A stretch of 64,000 bases of DNA, taken from Ostrea edulis (lineage: Eukaryota). A program made the position numbers and the translations under genes. Below are positions 38,763 to 52,300 of this stretch, piece after piece (position 1 is the stretch's first letter; every line of letters begins with the position of its first letter). Under the pieces are notes generated by a model. The model made no database searches. It worked only from the letters and a program-made list of their open reading frames with translations, and was not told the DNA's origin. The DNA is taken from positions 51,336,001 through 51,400,000 of the forward strand of contig NC_079170.1 of the NCBI RefSeq assembly GCF_947568905.1, in the 5' to 3' direction.

Positions 38763-39922
38763 TGTAGGACTCCAAAGTGCGACGGGACTCTATAGTGCGA
38801 TGGTCTGTGCCAAATCCTGATGGTGTGATACGCCAAAGTGTGATAGTCCACACTCGTGCACCAAAGTGCGATGGTGTGAGACAAATGCGCAATTAAAGTG
38901 TGATACGCCAAAGTCTGTAGGACATGTTAATGTGCTATAGTGCGATACGCCGAAGTTGGTTGGTTTGCAAAACTGAATGTACACAGTGTTTTAGTACAGA
39001 CTGTACCCACCATGTGTTGTTTCACCAAACTATCAATGCAAAAAAATAATAATAAAAACTTATTTCATAACCATTCAGTTGTCATGTTATTAAACACAAA
39101 ATTTTAAGACGCGGAACCATATAGAATGTTTTGCATTATAGCATATACCCCCCCTTCCCCCAGTCCAGGTATTTATTATGTGTACATCAAAAGTAATAAA
39201 TGATCATGATCTTCGCAGTAGATATTTCGACAACAAATGTACATAGATGTTTTCACAGTCCTCAACAGTGTAAGCCTTGACCCTTCTTATCTTCCATGTC
39301 AATCTGAATTACCTGTACCTTTCTCCAATATCCCTAAGTCGTTGGTGCTAGCAGAAACAACCTTTGTTGGGGAAAACTGATGTTGTATTTTTTCGGTTTG
39401 ATTTTGAAAGATGTTACAAACAACGTCATAATAACATGACATCACAAATGTTACTCTACCCCGCACCATCAGTTTTTGGCATGTCAGACCATCGCACTTT
39501 AGCATGGTGGCCACAAATATCAGACCATCACACTTTAGCGTGGTGTGCCTACAAATGACGGATCATCACACTTTAGCATGGTGTGCCTGCAAATGACAGA
39601 TCATCACACTTTAGCATGGTGTGCCTGCAAATGACAGGTCATCACACTTTAGCATAGTGTGCCTGCAAATGACAGGTCATCACACTTTAGCATGGTGTGC
39701 CTGCAAATGACGGATCATCACACTTTAGCATGGTGTGCCTGCAAATGACGGATCATCACACTTTAGCATGGTGTGCCTGCAAATGACGGATCATCACACT
39801 TTAGCATTGTATGTCTATAAGAAAGGGACCATCACACTCTGGCATGATCATCACACTTTAGTGTCTGTAATGTCAACAAACCATTGCACTTTGGTGCGAC
39901 AAGTGCACTTCAGAGTCTTACA
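38763..39922. mobile_element. Non-autonomous TIR element with subterminal tandem repeats, flanked by (TA)n
   Basis: Ends TGTAGGACTCCAAAGTGCG / GCACTTCAGAGTCTTACA. AAAGTGTGATG-type repeats on the left arm are inverted relative to about 37-bp GATCATCACACTTTAGCATGGTGTGCCTGCAAATGAC units at about 39520-39810. Confidence 0.6.
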
Positions 39923-40124
39923 TATATATAAAGGTTGTTTTCATTTCATTTCTTCTTTTGTTTTTCCTTGAATTAGCTAGGGAATCGTTACTTAGTTCAA
40001 GGTACACTGCTATCTTCGCATGCTAAGCTGTTTGATGTGTTGACAGAAACTATTATGCAGCTAGTCATGTGACTAATTCATTAAGTCAGTCATTACTGGG
40101 AGGCAACAGTCTCTTTTTCAAACA

Positions 40125-43100
40125 TCAGAATGATATCACAGCAGAAAGCATCAGGTGATCCGACGGAAAATATTCCTCATCCATAACCTGTGAAATTGTT
40201 TCAAGAGAATTCATGAATACCTGATTAGATTTATAAAAGATAAACATTAAACTGATAACAGAAACAAGAAAAAGATAAAATGGTGGAAGTTTAAATAATG
40301 GCCACTTCATGCAAAATCTATATAGTCTATTCCTAGAGGGAGATCGTTGTTTCTTAAAATTATCAGGATGACATAAACAGCAGTTACACCCTAAAATTTG
40401 AAACACTGCTTCTCTTCGAAAATCAGCACCATTGATTAGCATAGTTAATATTGCAAAAAACAAATGAAAGCACACAACAAGGAATATGAAGCTAAATAAA
40501 ACAAAGTTTTTGTAGGTATCATGGTCACACTCCTGGCAATTTGGCATGTCACAGTTGTGGGAGTTATCCCCCTTGACACACATTCCACACCGACATGACC
40601 CTTTTGGTCCACAGTCCTGTAAGCAGGAATAACCTACTACTCCCATATAGCTGAGATAGGAGTGGTGGATCAAGGTTTTTATCCTATGAAATCTAATGCT
40701 AGAGCTGTACATTTCTCTGTAGAACGTGCCGTCTCCTGATAGTGTCGCAGATTTCAATTCTAATTTGGAATTCACAATAATTCTGTCAGGCCTACTTTCA
40801 AATCCTGGAGAAGGCTGAAATGTAATGAAAAAGGAAGCTATGAAATTTTATCATATTTTAAAATTTAAATAGTTGTTTATGTGGATGTCCTAACAAGTAA
40901 GCACCATTAGCTATTACAAGTAATGGCGCTTCAACGTGTTAGATTTTAAAGTATCATTTATTTCTCCAACTTCAGAACTGATTACCATATTGCTGAAAGT
41001 ATATCCTGGCTTCTCTGAATCGTGTACTTTAGTCCAAGCATCCACAAAAGTTTGCCTCCTGCGGCGAAAACTCTCTAACTGAGGGACACATCCTTCAAAT
41101 TCAGCCTTGCGTTTTGAGGTCAGCAACTTTACTGGCCATTCAAAGTCTCTGTAGATGTTCATATCACCCATGATGACGACATACCTAAAGCTTCTCTCTG
41201 TATGAAAATGAAATATTCTAAATATAGCATTTGATTAATAAAGAACTGCTCCAATGGGGATTGAGATTTATCCATCACATGGTATTTTTTCAGTTTTGTG
41301 AATACCACATATAAGTATACAAGGTAGTTTCTGTAAATTCTGATATTTTTCAGACTTCTGTTTTAATGATATCAAATTTGCAACAAATTAACTTGCAAAA
41401 TATTCAAAAATAAAATAATCCTGGTTGTATTCAAAGTGTATTGAATGAAATTTTCACGCGAGTATGAATTCCATGTGTCATACAATCTACGTTCAAAATT
41501 CCAAACAAAAACAAATAATAATCAAACAAATCTATATACTTTTGGAAGCATTATCTTGGCTATTGATGTTTTTTTTTGTTGGGGAGAGGATAAAAGAAAT
41601 TATGCAGTATCTGAGGAGTAACAATATGAATTTTGTCCACAATTTTGCTCTGTTTGCAGAAAAAAAAGTAAAAATCTGTAATTTTTCTTTCATTTGTTTT
41701 TAATCTGTAGAAAGTCTAAAATCTAATAATATTAATGACGTATTTCAGGATTACATATCCATTAACACTTTTCTAAAATAACAATTCATCTAAAAATTGT
41801 ACATTCATATCCCTCATTAAATAAAGAAAACACTTGTTTCATAAACTTGGAATAAATATTTGAGAGCCAGATTAGCTCAAACCATGTAAATTCCTGTTCA
41901 CCATATCACCTATAACCTATTGAATATACACTGTATACATGTAAGAGGTATTTTTAGCGAGACACAAATTTTGCGATTTTTCCATAAATTAAGGGTATAT
42001 ATTTTAGGGAGAGCTAATTCTAGCAACTTTATATTCCAAGAAAGATAGCTATTACCTTCAATATGGAATAAATTTTAGCGATCTCAAAACCGCTAATAAT
42101 GCCAAAATTAAATCAAAATAAATATAACTTATATAGTATATAGGGTACAAAAAATTAATTATTGTCACATTCATACCTCCCAGCAAATGTAACAGAGCAT
42201 CCACATTTTCACACTGTTGCTCTCGAACATATGAGAAATGAACAACAAAAACATCCAGGATTCCCGAGTGATCCGTCCGAACTTTCGCATGAATAATGAT
42301 TCTTTTATTGGTGTCACGCCCCTGCTTGTAACGGATAACTTTCTTACTCGTAGACACAATTGGATATCTACTTAAAATTCCAATACCTAAAAAGAGAAGA
42401 TGCAAAATTCTAACATAAATATTTGACAGAGTTTGATTATCTACCATTATTTCGAAATTTATGCATATATCATAAGGACTCTGTAGGGTATAGTTATAGT
42501 TTATATCTCACATGCTCTCAACGTTTTAAATACATGTTTTATGTAATAAAAATATTGTCTTCCTGTAAACAAACTAATCACTAAGAGTGGTTTGTTTAAA
42601 GGAAGAATTTTAAAAATAATTTATATCTAAAATGTTGAGAGCAAGTGCTATACATGTAATATAGGAATAACCTCAGTTTCATGGGGTAATAATTTTGCGG
42701 ATTCATTTCCACAAAAGATAAGATAACAAAGTGGGATAACTCTTGCTTCTAATCAATTTACCCTTTATCTTAATTTTAAAAAATCTACCTTGATAACTGT
42801 GTCACTATCAGGCCACAGTACTTAAAACACTTATTTCATTTACAGTAATGTAGAAATTTTTTTGGTCCATGTAATTGTTACCCATACATACATGTACATG
42901 TCTTTGAAAATGATATATCACCAAGGTTGTAATTTGTCTAGAAACACTTTTCAATATAATTGTTTATTGATTTTGAAGGCAATGACTGAATTCGCATTTG
43001 CCTATGTTTGACAATCTTCGCAAAACTACAGGGCAAAATTCTTTCTGAATAAAGAGAATCAATACAAAAGTAACTTAATATGTAGCATGCACACTTGATA

Positions 43101-46100
43101 AAAAATCAAAACATGTCAAATTCTAACAGTTGCATATATTCTTGTAACACAATTTCTTTCACACTTTAAATCATCAAATCTAATTTACATCAGGTGTGAA
43201 ATGTGCTCCCATACTCACATACACAACAGATATGTATCTGAGTATGCAAGCGGATGCAGCTAATTATAATTAGATTGTGAATTTTTAGAAGTCTTTTTAA
43301 AACAAAATTTTTAAGGTATGCACATTATTGTACGTAGCAATATTTCTCTGTTTACCTTCCCTCTCCCATCCACTGTGTATCATGTTTTCCTTTCTTGACA
43401 CATTATTGGCTCCACTAAAAAATGACCACTGGTATTCAGGTAGAAGCTTTTGAAGGTCAGACACTTGATTTCGTCCTGTCCTAGCATCAAATCTCGCTTC
43501 TTGAAAGCCAATGATATCTGTCTCCTCTTCTCGAATCTTTAAAGAAATTCATAATTAAAATCATCATTTTTCAGAGGCTTTAGTATTTGTTATCCTAAAA
43601 TTATTGTTGTTAATAAAATACATGGTTTTCATGATCTCCATTTCCGCATGACAAATTCATTAGTATACTTCCATTCACAGTGTACATAGGTGATCACTCT
43701 ATCTGTAAATGAATTTAATACTGATGTCAATGCAGGGATGGACATTAACAGTTGTCAAAGTGCCCGGGGCAAGTGAAAGCTCAGTTTGAACGAGTGAAAG
43801 TTAATACAATATGCTTCTCCAATCAGGCAAGTGATCATTTTCATTGTGATTATCTTAGCTGTGTTAAGCCCAATGAATACTGAATATTGAAAAAACTGAA
43901 GTCTGACACTGTATGTATATGTATTTATAATAAAATGTGAGTTTTGGGTGGTTTGCTGACACTGTTATGGTTTGTACCTTGTATCTGATATTCAGCGTTA
44001 TCGCCAGTACTTTGACTTTTCTTACTGTTTACCAAAATTATAGCATCTGAGGCTCTGAGCACATTTTTTATATTTTTATTGAGTTATTGCATAAACACTG
44101 ATGTTACATTCTGACATGTTTTGTGTATTAAATTGAATTAAAACATTGAGCATTCAAATTGAATTTTGAGTCAAAAATGTTTTGAACAACAAAGATTTTC
44201 ATTCAGACAGTTTACTTGCCCAAAAGGTAAGCAAGATAGAAAGTTAATGTCTATCCCTGCAATGCATGGTTTTGTACCTAAACCTTTTATCAGTATATTC
44301 TGTGCAAAAACTATGGATGCCCACACAAATTTTCTAAACTAGCTGCTTAATTATTACAACTCTGACCATTGCAAATTAATTCTTCTCTAAGGTGCTTTTA
44401 GTTATAGTGTTGCTTTGCTAGCAATGCCACCAGCACACATGGTAATGATGTATTTACTTTAATAGTACTGCCAGTTAGTAACACACATTCCATCAATGGT
44501 AATAAGAGTGATGTTTGCAATACCATCCTTACCGAGGTTATGGAAAAGTTAATTTGTTGGAATCTACATAAATTGCCAACAGTCATGTTTAGATCAATGG
44601 ACCATTTGACACAATCTCTTTAATATTCCATGTAATCGAGGTCAACTCATCATTATCTGTAACAAATTCATTCATCCAATACCCAGTTCATTAATTTCTG
44701 TGATGTTTCAAGACTTTGTTATTACTCCAACCCCTCTAGGATTAATTGTTGATGTTTATGTTTGAGACAAAAGAATAATACAAGTACGGTCTATTCAGAT
44801 GCATCTTCACAAGTCAAGGGTTATTGACTGAGATGAAGATATCTGAAACTTTATGAATGACAGAGAGAGAGAGAGAGAGAGAGAGAGCAATAAATGTAAC
44901 ACGGTAAATTTAATCAAATGTAACAGGTCCAGTCCAAAGACTATTTCTATCCATGCAGCTATAAATAGCTACCTAGGTATTTAAACCTACTTGAAGTAGC
45001 TACTTTTACCTGTTTTAAAAAATATAAATAAACAATAATTAAGGCACATCTTTTAAACAGGTAAGTCGTTTAATGTATCATATTGTGCATGTGCACGGCA
45101 AAATTTGGAGTGTTAATTTGAATACTTTACGAGGGTGGAGAATGTAGAGGAATTAAAATGTATGAAAAATCGCCTCAAAAACCTTTAATATATAAATGTA
45201 TGAAGGTAAACTTTAAAATCAATACAGACATTCTAGACTTCTCATCATGTCGCTTTGGTCCTATTAAGCTCCTAAAAAAAAAGAACTGAGTGTATTATTG
45301 ATGCAAATTTGAAAGGTGAAAAAGTAATCATTTTTGTCCAATATTTTTGTGGTATTCATCGTCAGTGTAAGTAAATCAAGAAATTTGGTACACACCATAT
45401 TGTGCCGTTCCTACTTTGGCCACGAAATGTAAGTAACGGAAAAACTACTTGGAGTAGGTTTAAATACCTAGGTAGCTATAAGTACAGGTAGAATAGTCTT
45501 TGGACTGGACCTGTGTAAGGCTCTAGACAGTTCATACTGACATGTTACCATACAAAAATTTATATAAATGCTGCAGCTGTCTTGCACCATTCTCCTAATT
45601 TATGAGTATGTAAATTTACAAGAGTATAACAAACATTTATCAACTTGTCTCAGTCAAAATGTGCACTGTTAAAAACTTGGACCAAAAATGTTGCCTCAAG
45701 TAAGATTTTGTCTTCAGATTGAACAAAAACGGGTTTTCTAAGTCAATGAATGTTCAATGTGTGCATTCAAGCAATCGAACTCCTCGGATGTCTTGCGAGG
45801 ATTACCGATAGGTTTTCCGATAAACGAGATAATTCGGGAGATATGAATTTAACCAAAACATTTTTAAAACCCTGGATTCAAATATAAACTTTTGCATAAA
45901 CTGTTAATTCTTACAATAAAACGTGATTATATTATAGAATATAACATAAATAGACAATGCCTCTTCAATTTTCAAAGATATTTATCTATGAGCTAAAATA
46001 CGAATACAATGACTTAACAAATAAAACACCCACCATTCTTGCTATTCTATATTTTCTAACATCCCAGTTAAACATTATGTTCCATAAATTATATGTTGTT

Positions 46101-46171
46101 ATTTTCATCAGCCCAAATACTGGGGATGTGAAATAAAACGACAATAATAAAGTGACAACAAGCATTTTCAT
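40125..46171 (-). CDS. Endonuclease/exonuclease/phosphatase (EEP) family protein, about 476 aa, with signal peptide, Cys-rich insert and two TM helices
   Basis: Exons 46034-46171, 43356-43536, 42177-42386, 40986-41197, 40125-40814 (phases 0, 1, 1, 0; all GT-AG). EEP motifs in order: ITTYNLW, DIIGFQE, GIGILSRYP, VHFSY, IMGDMN, YTF, RPDRI, FPSDHL. Confidence 0.85.
44924..45513. mobile_element. MITE with CAG..CTG termini and 5-bp TSD
   Basis: About 70-bp TIR CAGGTCCAGTCCAAAGACTATT..TAGCTACCTAGGTATTTAAACCTAC. TSD TGTAA at 44919-44923 and 45514-45518. Confidence 0.8.
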
Positions 46172-46357
46172 AATATCCGGGCACCTGAAATGAAAATTTT
46201 CCGAATTCTTTCAATAAAAACCACATTGATTGGATGACTCTTTAGAACCTAACAATTTTATCCAATGAAAATCTAGTTATCAAACCCAAATAAATTCTAA
46301 ATAATTTTACCTCCGCTGCAGAAGATTTACAACGATTTTTGTAAACAATTGCACACT
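46172..46357. promoter_or_regulatory. Putative bidirectional promoter between the EEP gene and PRPF18
   Basis: The divergent start codons at 46171 (minus) and 46358 (plus) are only 186 bp apart. Promoter activity is inferred. Confidence 0.6.
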
Positions 46358-49300
46358 ATGGATTTCAAAGCATTGCTACAATCAGAAATAAACAGAAAAA
46401 GACAGAAAATTGAATCAAAAGATGTATTGGTAAGCTTTGTATGATTAAAACACGTTGACACTGTGTAACATGAGACTGAAGATTCAATTATTTTCTAAAT
46501 AGCAAACTGTAAATGACCTGTTTCCTGACAGATTTTTACCACAAATTATTAAATTAAGGTATCTCACTACACTAAAGCTTATACTCTTTAGACACTACGT
46601 CACAAGATGGCGATTTAAACGTTTGGTGAAATTATTTGTATCGATCAATTCGTTTGTCTATCGTCGTAGCTCAGATTTGACTTTTTGCCGAATAAAAACA
46701 AATATCAGATTTCAAAATTCTTAATACATTTGAGATATGCATTGAAGTTTATCATAACCAAGTATGTCCTAATCCTAAGATGTGACACTATATAGTACAT
46801 ACCCATACAAGTACCGACACTGTAAGATGTGACACTATATAGTACATACACATACAAATACCGACATTGTAAGATGTGACATTATATAGTACATACACAT
46901 ACAAGTACCGACGCTGTAAGATGTGACACTATATAGTACATACACATACAAATACCGACACTGTAAGATGTGACACTATATAGTACATACACATACAAGT
47001 ACCGACACTGTAAGATGTGACACTATATAGTACATACACATACAAGTACCGACGCTGTAAGATGTGACACTATATAGTACATACACATACAAGTACCGAC
47101 ACTGTAAGATGTGACACTATATAGTACATACAAGTACCGACACTGTAAGATGTGACACTATATAGTACATACACATACAAGTACCGATGCTGTAAGATGT
47201 GACACTATATAGTACATACACATACAAGTTCCAACACTGTAAGATGTGACATTATATAGTACTACCGACACTGTAAGATGTGACACAATATAGTACATAA
47301 ACATACAAGTACCGACACTGTAAGATGTGACACTATATAGTACATACACATACAAGTACCGATGCTGTAAGATGTGACACTATATAGTACATACACATAC
47401 AAGTACCGACACTGTAAGATGTGACACTATATAGTACATACACATACAAGTACCGATGCTGTAAGATGTGACACTATATAGTACATACACATACAAGTAC
47501 CGACACTGTAAGATGTGACATTATATAGTACATACAAGTACCGACACTGTAAGATGTGACACTATATAGTACATACACATACAAATACCGACACTGTAAG
47601 ATGTGACACTATATAGTACATACAAGTACCGACACTGTAAGATGTGACACTATATAGTACATACACATACAAGTACCGACACTGTAAGATGTGACACTAT
47701 ATAGTACATACACATACAAGTACCGATGCTGTAAGATGTGACACTATATAGTACATACACATACAAGTACCGACACTGTAAGATGTGACACTATATAGTA
47801 CATACACATACAAGTACCGACACTGTAAGATGTGACACTATATAGTACATACACATACAAGTACCGACGCTGTAAGATGTGACACTATATAGTACATACA
47901 CATACAAGTACCGACACTGTAAGATGTGACACTATATAGTACTACCGACACTGTAAGATGTGACACTATATAGTACTACCGACACTGTAAGATGTGACAC
48001 TATATAGTACTACCGACACTGTAAGATGTGACACTATAGTACATACACATATGATACTAACTTTAAATATAATACAGTATAGTAAATATGCATACGACAC
48101 TGTGAGATGTGATTCTATATAGTCCATGTATGTACATATACAAAAAATTGTGAGAAATGTCATGTATGACCTTATGAATATAACAAGATAAACATTAATG
48201 AGGTGTCATCCTTCATGAAGAGGGTTAGGATCAGAATAGTCATGGGAGGTCATGGGATCCTGTAAAAGAGAACATAAAGATTATTCTCCTGCATGTCTGA
48301 CGAGATTAATTAGAAGATGCAGTATTATATAGAGTCAAACCTAATTTACAGATGTGCAGAGGGTTTGAAACTGGGATAGAACATGTAGAAGAATCAAATC
48401 AGTATCTGAAATACTAATTATATTGCTTTACTATAGGCACCTAATAAAAAGTACTTCAAAAGAGGTGATTTAGCAGCAAAGGAAGAAGAAGAGTATTGGA
48501 AAAAGCACAGAAGAGTGAACGACACACAGCAAGAATCTCCAGTAAAGGTGGGCATTTATCTAGTTACAAAGAATAGGCTAAAACAGACAGTTGATTATCA
48601 TACGGGTATATATAGTCTGGCAAGGTTAAAAGCTTTGTTTAACGACTTTGTCAGTCAGTACATTGATGTAACACAGCCAGGGTAAAAAAATTCACAAAGT
48701 GCAAGCCAAACTGCAAATCAAACAGAAACAAAGTATGTTGATCAAATTGTAGATGGAATGACACAAGTCATACTTGGTTGAATGTTTTTGTACCTAGATT
48801 TAATTTTGTAACTTTTATACCTGATGTGGGGGTAATTTGGAAAACATTTTTAAAAGCTGCTGCAAATCTTACTAAATGTTATGGTCAGTGTGCATGGAAT
48901 TATAAGGAGATAAATCTTTGTAGATCAATTGATTCAACGGTAACAGATTCTGAGGACCTTGTTCAAACTTTTTTTGTTATTTTTCATTTAAAAAAGTGAG
49001 ATTGCTATCGAAAATGAGCTTGCTTCAGTTTTATGGTCCTTGTGCCAGCTCTTAGCAAGTATGTGCATCATGCTTTTGAGGATAATTATGTATACCAAGC
49101 CATCTGTGTGTGGTGTATATACCAAGTCGTCTGGGTGTGGTGTACATTGTATATACCAAGTCGTCTGTGTGTGGTGTATATACCAAGTCGACTGTGTGTG
49201 GTGTATATACCAAGTCGTCTGTGTGTGGTGTATATACCAAGTCGTGTGTGTGTGGTGTATATACCAAGTCGACTGTGTGTGGTGTATATACCAAGTCGAC

Positions 49301-52300
49301 TGTGTGTGGTGTATATACCAAGTCGACTGTGTGTGGTGTATATACCAAGTCGTCTGTGTGTGGTGTATATACCAAGTCGACTGTGTGTGGTGTATATACC
49401 AAGTCGTGTGTGTGTGGTGTATATACCAAGTCGTGTGTGTGTGGTGTATATACCAAGTCGTGTGTGTGTGGTGTATATACCAAGTCGACTGTGTGTGGTG
49501 TATATACCAAGTTGTCTGTGTGTGGTGTATATACCAAGTTGTCTGTGTGTGGTTTATATACCAAGTTGTCTGTGTGTGGTGTATATACCAAGTCGTCTGT
49601 GTGTTTTGTTAATTATTGAAAAAGTATTTACATTCCATAGCATTTTCTTCATTAAACTACACTGCAAGCTTTGTGTTTTTTATGCACACATAAAAGTAAG
49701 CCCCCCTCCCCAAAAGAATACATAGATTTTAACACTACACTGAGCATTTCCATTTATAGACAGGTATTAAGCTGGCTCAGTTACATGTATGGAGTAAGCA
49801 GTAAATTTCAAAGTGAATTTGGTATTTTATTGAGAAAAGATTTAAGCATTAAGTGAAGATTTTTATGATATATATTGTGCTAGTAACACACAGTCTACAT
49901 GCACACTGTCTAAGTGTCTATATCATTAACACATTAGAGTTAAAAATAGTAATCATTCAGTTTTAAGTTGATAATAAGAGGTAAATAGAGAAAAAAAATG
50001 AATAGACCAAGATTCTCTTTTAAGGTCACCTGGTCCGGAAATCACCACTTTTACAAGTAACAAAATCACCAGGTATCGAATTCACCTGAATGCAAAACTT
50101 TGACCTCCAAACGTTTATTCAATAAAGTCACACCTGTTTGCCAGATGTTCATTTGTTTTAAAAATTTCCAGGAAGATACTACTAAATCAGAAGTTCAGGA
50201 GCAGTCCGAAGAGAAGATTCCTCAACTGGCAAGAAAAGAGGTAACATGAATGCATAAAAAATAGCACACACAAGGCCAAGCAAAAAAAAAAAAGAAGAAA
50301 GAAAAGGTTCTCAGGCCATGCTTAGAAAATCAAATGAGGCAGGCAGGCTTTTTATTTTTAAGATCCTTTATATATTACTCTGGTACACCATGTATTATAG
50401 TAAACATTCAAATACAGTAATTTGTCGTTTTGTTTTTAGGCATTCTTTTCTTTCTGTGTTAATTTACGTTTTCATTTAGAAGGAGCTTTATCGGTGTGAT
50501 TAGCACAAACTGGGTAGGCACCATGAACTCTCTGCACATTGTCACTGCTTCCACAGCTGTAACAAAAAAAAAAAAAGAACTACTGAAATACAAGTCTCAC
50601 TTGGACTCAAATACGACAAGTTCTTCCTCACAAAAACTTTGTCCTACAGAGAATTTATGAAGGGGTCCTTGGCAAATTCTAAAGGATTAGATCCTGTAAT
50701 TCACATCCACATGAGTACTGATATAATTCAGTGAGTTTGTTCAGCAGCACAAGTTAGGTCTACGATAACTCATCAAAAAAATTCATAGATACGACAATTT
50801 ATCAACACTCATTGAAACTTATCGCAAAAATACATTAATGGTAATTTTGTTTATGCTTTTTATTTACTCATTGAACACAAATATTTACTCAATGCTCAAT
50901 AAGAAATATGTGCTAAGCCCATAACATATTTCAGATAGTTTTCCATTTTCTGTCCTTGAAGAAAGTGAAAATACTATTGTATAAATGTTTTTGTTTCTTG
51001 TAATTTCCTTCTCGCGAGGAAGATCGATCTCTTCGCCATGCATGAGGGAACTTACAACCATATCCATTGTGGACTGTTCTAAATCTCCATTAAGTGAATT
51101 CGGAGTGTGATACATCAACAACTTGAACACATGAGAAGGTTGATGTCACCCTTCTAAAAAAATTTTTTGTGCAGGGGTCATTGGCTAAACTACGTTCATA
51201 TAGGTTCCAGTGCTCAATGGAGCAACGGGGTGGATAGTTTGCCATGTTTCAAACTACTTTTGTAATGACTGATGAAGGGTGTCTTGGGTGAAGGTTAAGA
51301 AATACAACAAAACAATGAAATGTGTTCAAAACTTTTTTTTCTCTCGCTCTATTTTATTTTTATTCAATACAAGTGGCGTCGATGAGTCGTCTTTCTGTGA
51401 CTCGTCACGTTGGTGAGTTTTATTCGATTAGTTGATTTTCGATGAGTCATCGTACCCTTCGGTGAGTTGTCGTTCGATGAGTTGTCCGGTACCAGCACAA
51501 GCCCTTGCACAGAAAGCTTACTAGCAGCATGACACGTTGCTTGTCACACAGACACACACAATTACAGGAAGCAACTTTTTGCAGTTTTAGTAGTTAGGAT
51601 ACTAAGGGAACATATTGTGCTTCTATTTTCCATCAAAAGCTCTGTGTATGGTGTTGACTTGACCCTGAATTTTGTATCTGTTATCAATGTGAACCACATC
51701 TGGATTTTTAACAAGATTAGATATGACAAAAAAAGCCCAAACCACACTACAGTTTCATTTATTATCCAATGACAGCATCACTGTCAAACGAATCAGTTTT
51801 CTGTTTGCCAGTTGATGCTTTGACTGTGTAATTGGTGTATTTGGAGGGGAAAGTTCACCACTCAGGTCCAACCTGATTGTCTCCATTTGAATCAATTTAC
51901 CCACAGATATGTTGACACTGTAGTTGCCAAAATATTTTCTGCTCCATGGCATGAAAACATTTGGACAGTGTCGTAACTGAAAATCCAAAACGTGACACTA
52001 AACACATGTTTTCTCTAACACCACTCATCTAGGTCTAATTTTAGCAGAGATACAACTTTTCAGCATATATAAATATAATAATAATATTTATGACTATATG
52101 TTCCCGATGCATCATCCCTTGGTACTTTTAGTTGCTGATCAATTATGCTGTACTTTCTTTGCAATGTTTATACATGTGTATGCCCCTAGGGGCCCATTAT
52201 TTTCTGTATACAAAAACGATCAAAACCAGTCAAGAACATGTAACAATTTCTGGAATACTCTGATTTTTTTTACTGAAAATATTTTTTATGCTGCAGGGCT

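Noticed and set aside
44398-44760. Possible degenerate serine-protease fragment (TMCAGG) in EEP intron 1
   Set aside because: Multiple stops and no catalytic motifs; similarity too weak to support.
46779-49605. CRISPR-like arrays
   Set aside because: Head-to-tail repeats with no unique spacers and no cas genes, in a eukaryotic intron.
49033-49725. Four long repetitive ORFs ([26 protein letters not shown])
   Set aside because: Translations of a 27-bp minisatellite in PRPF18 intron 2. They are open in several frames only because the unit lacks stops.
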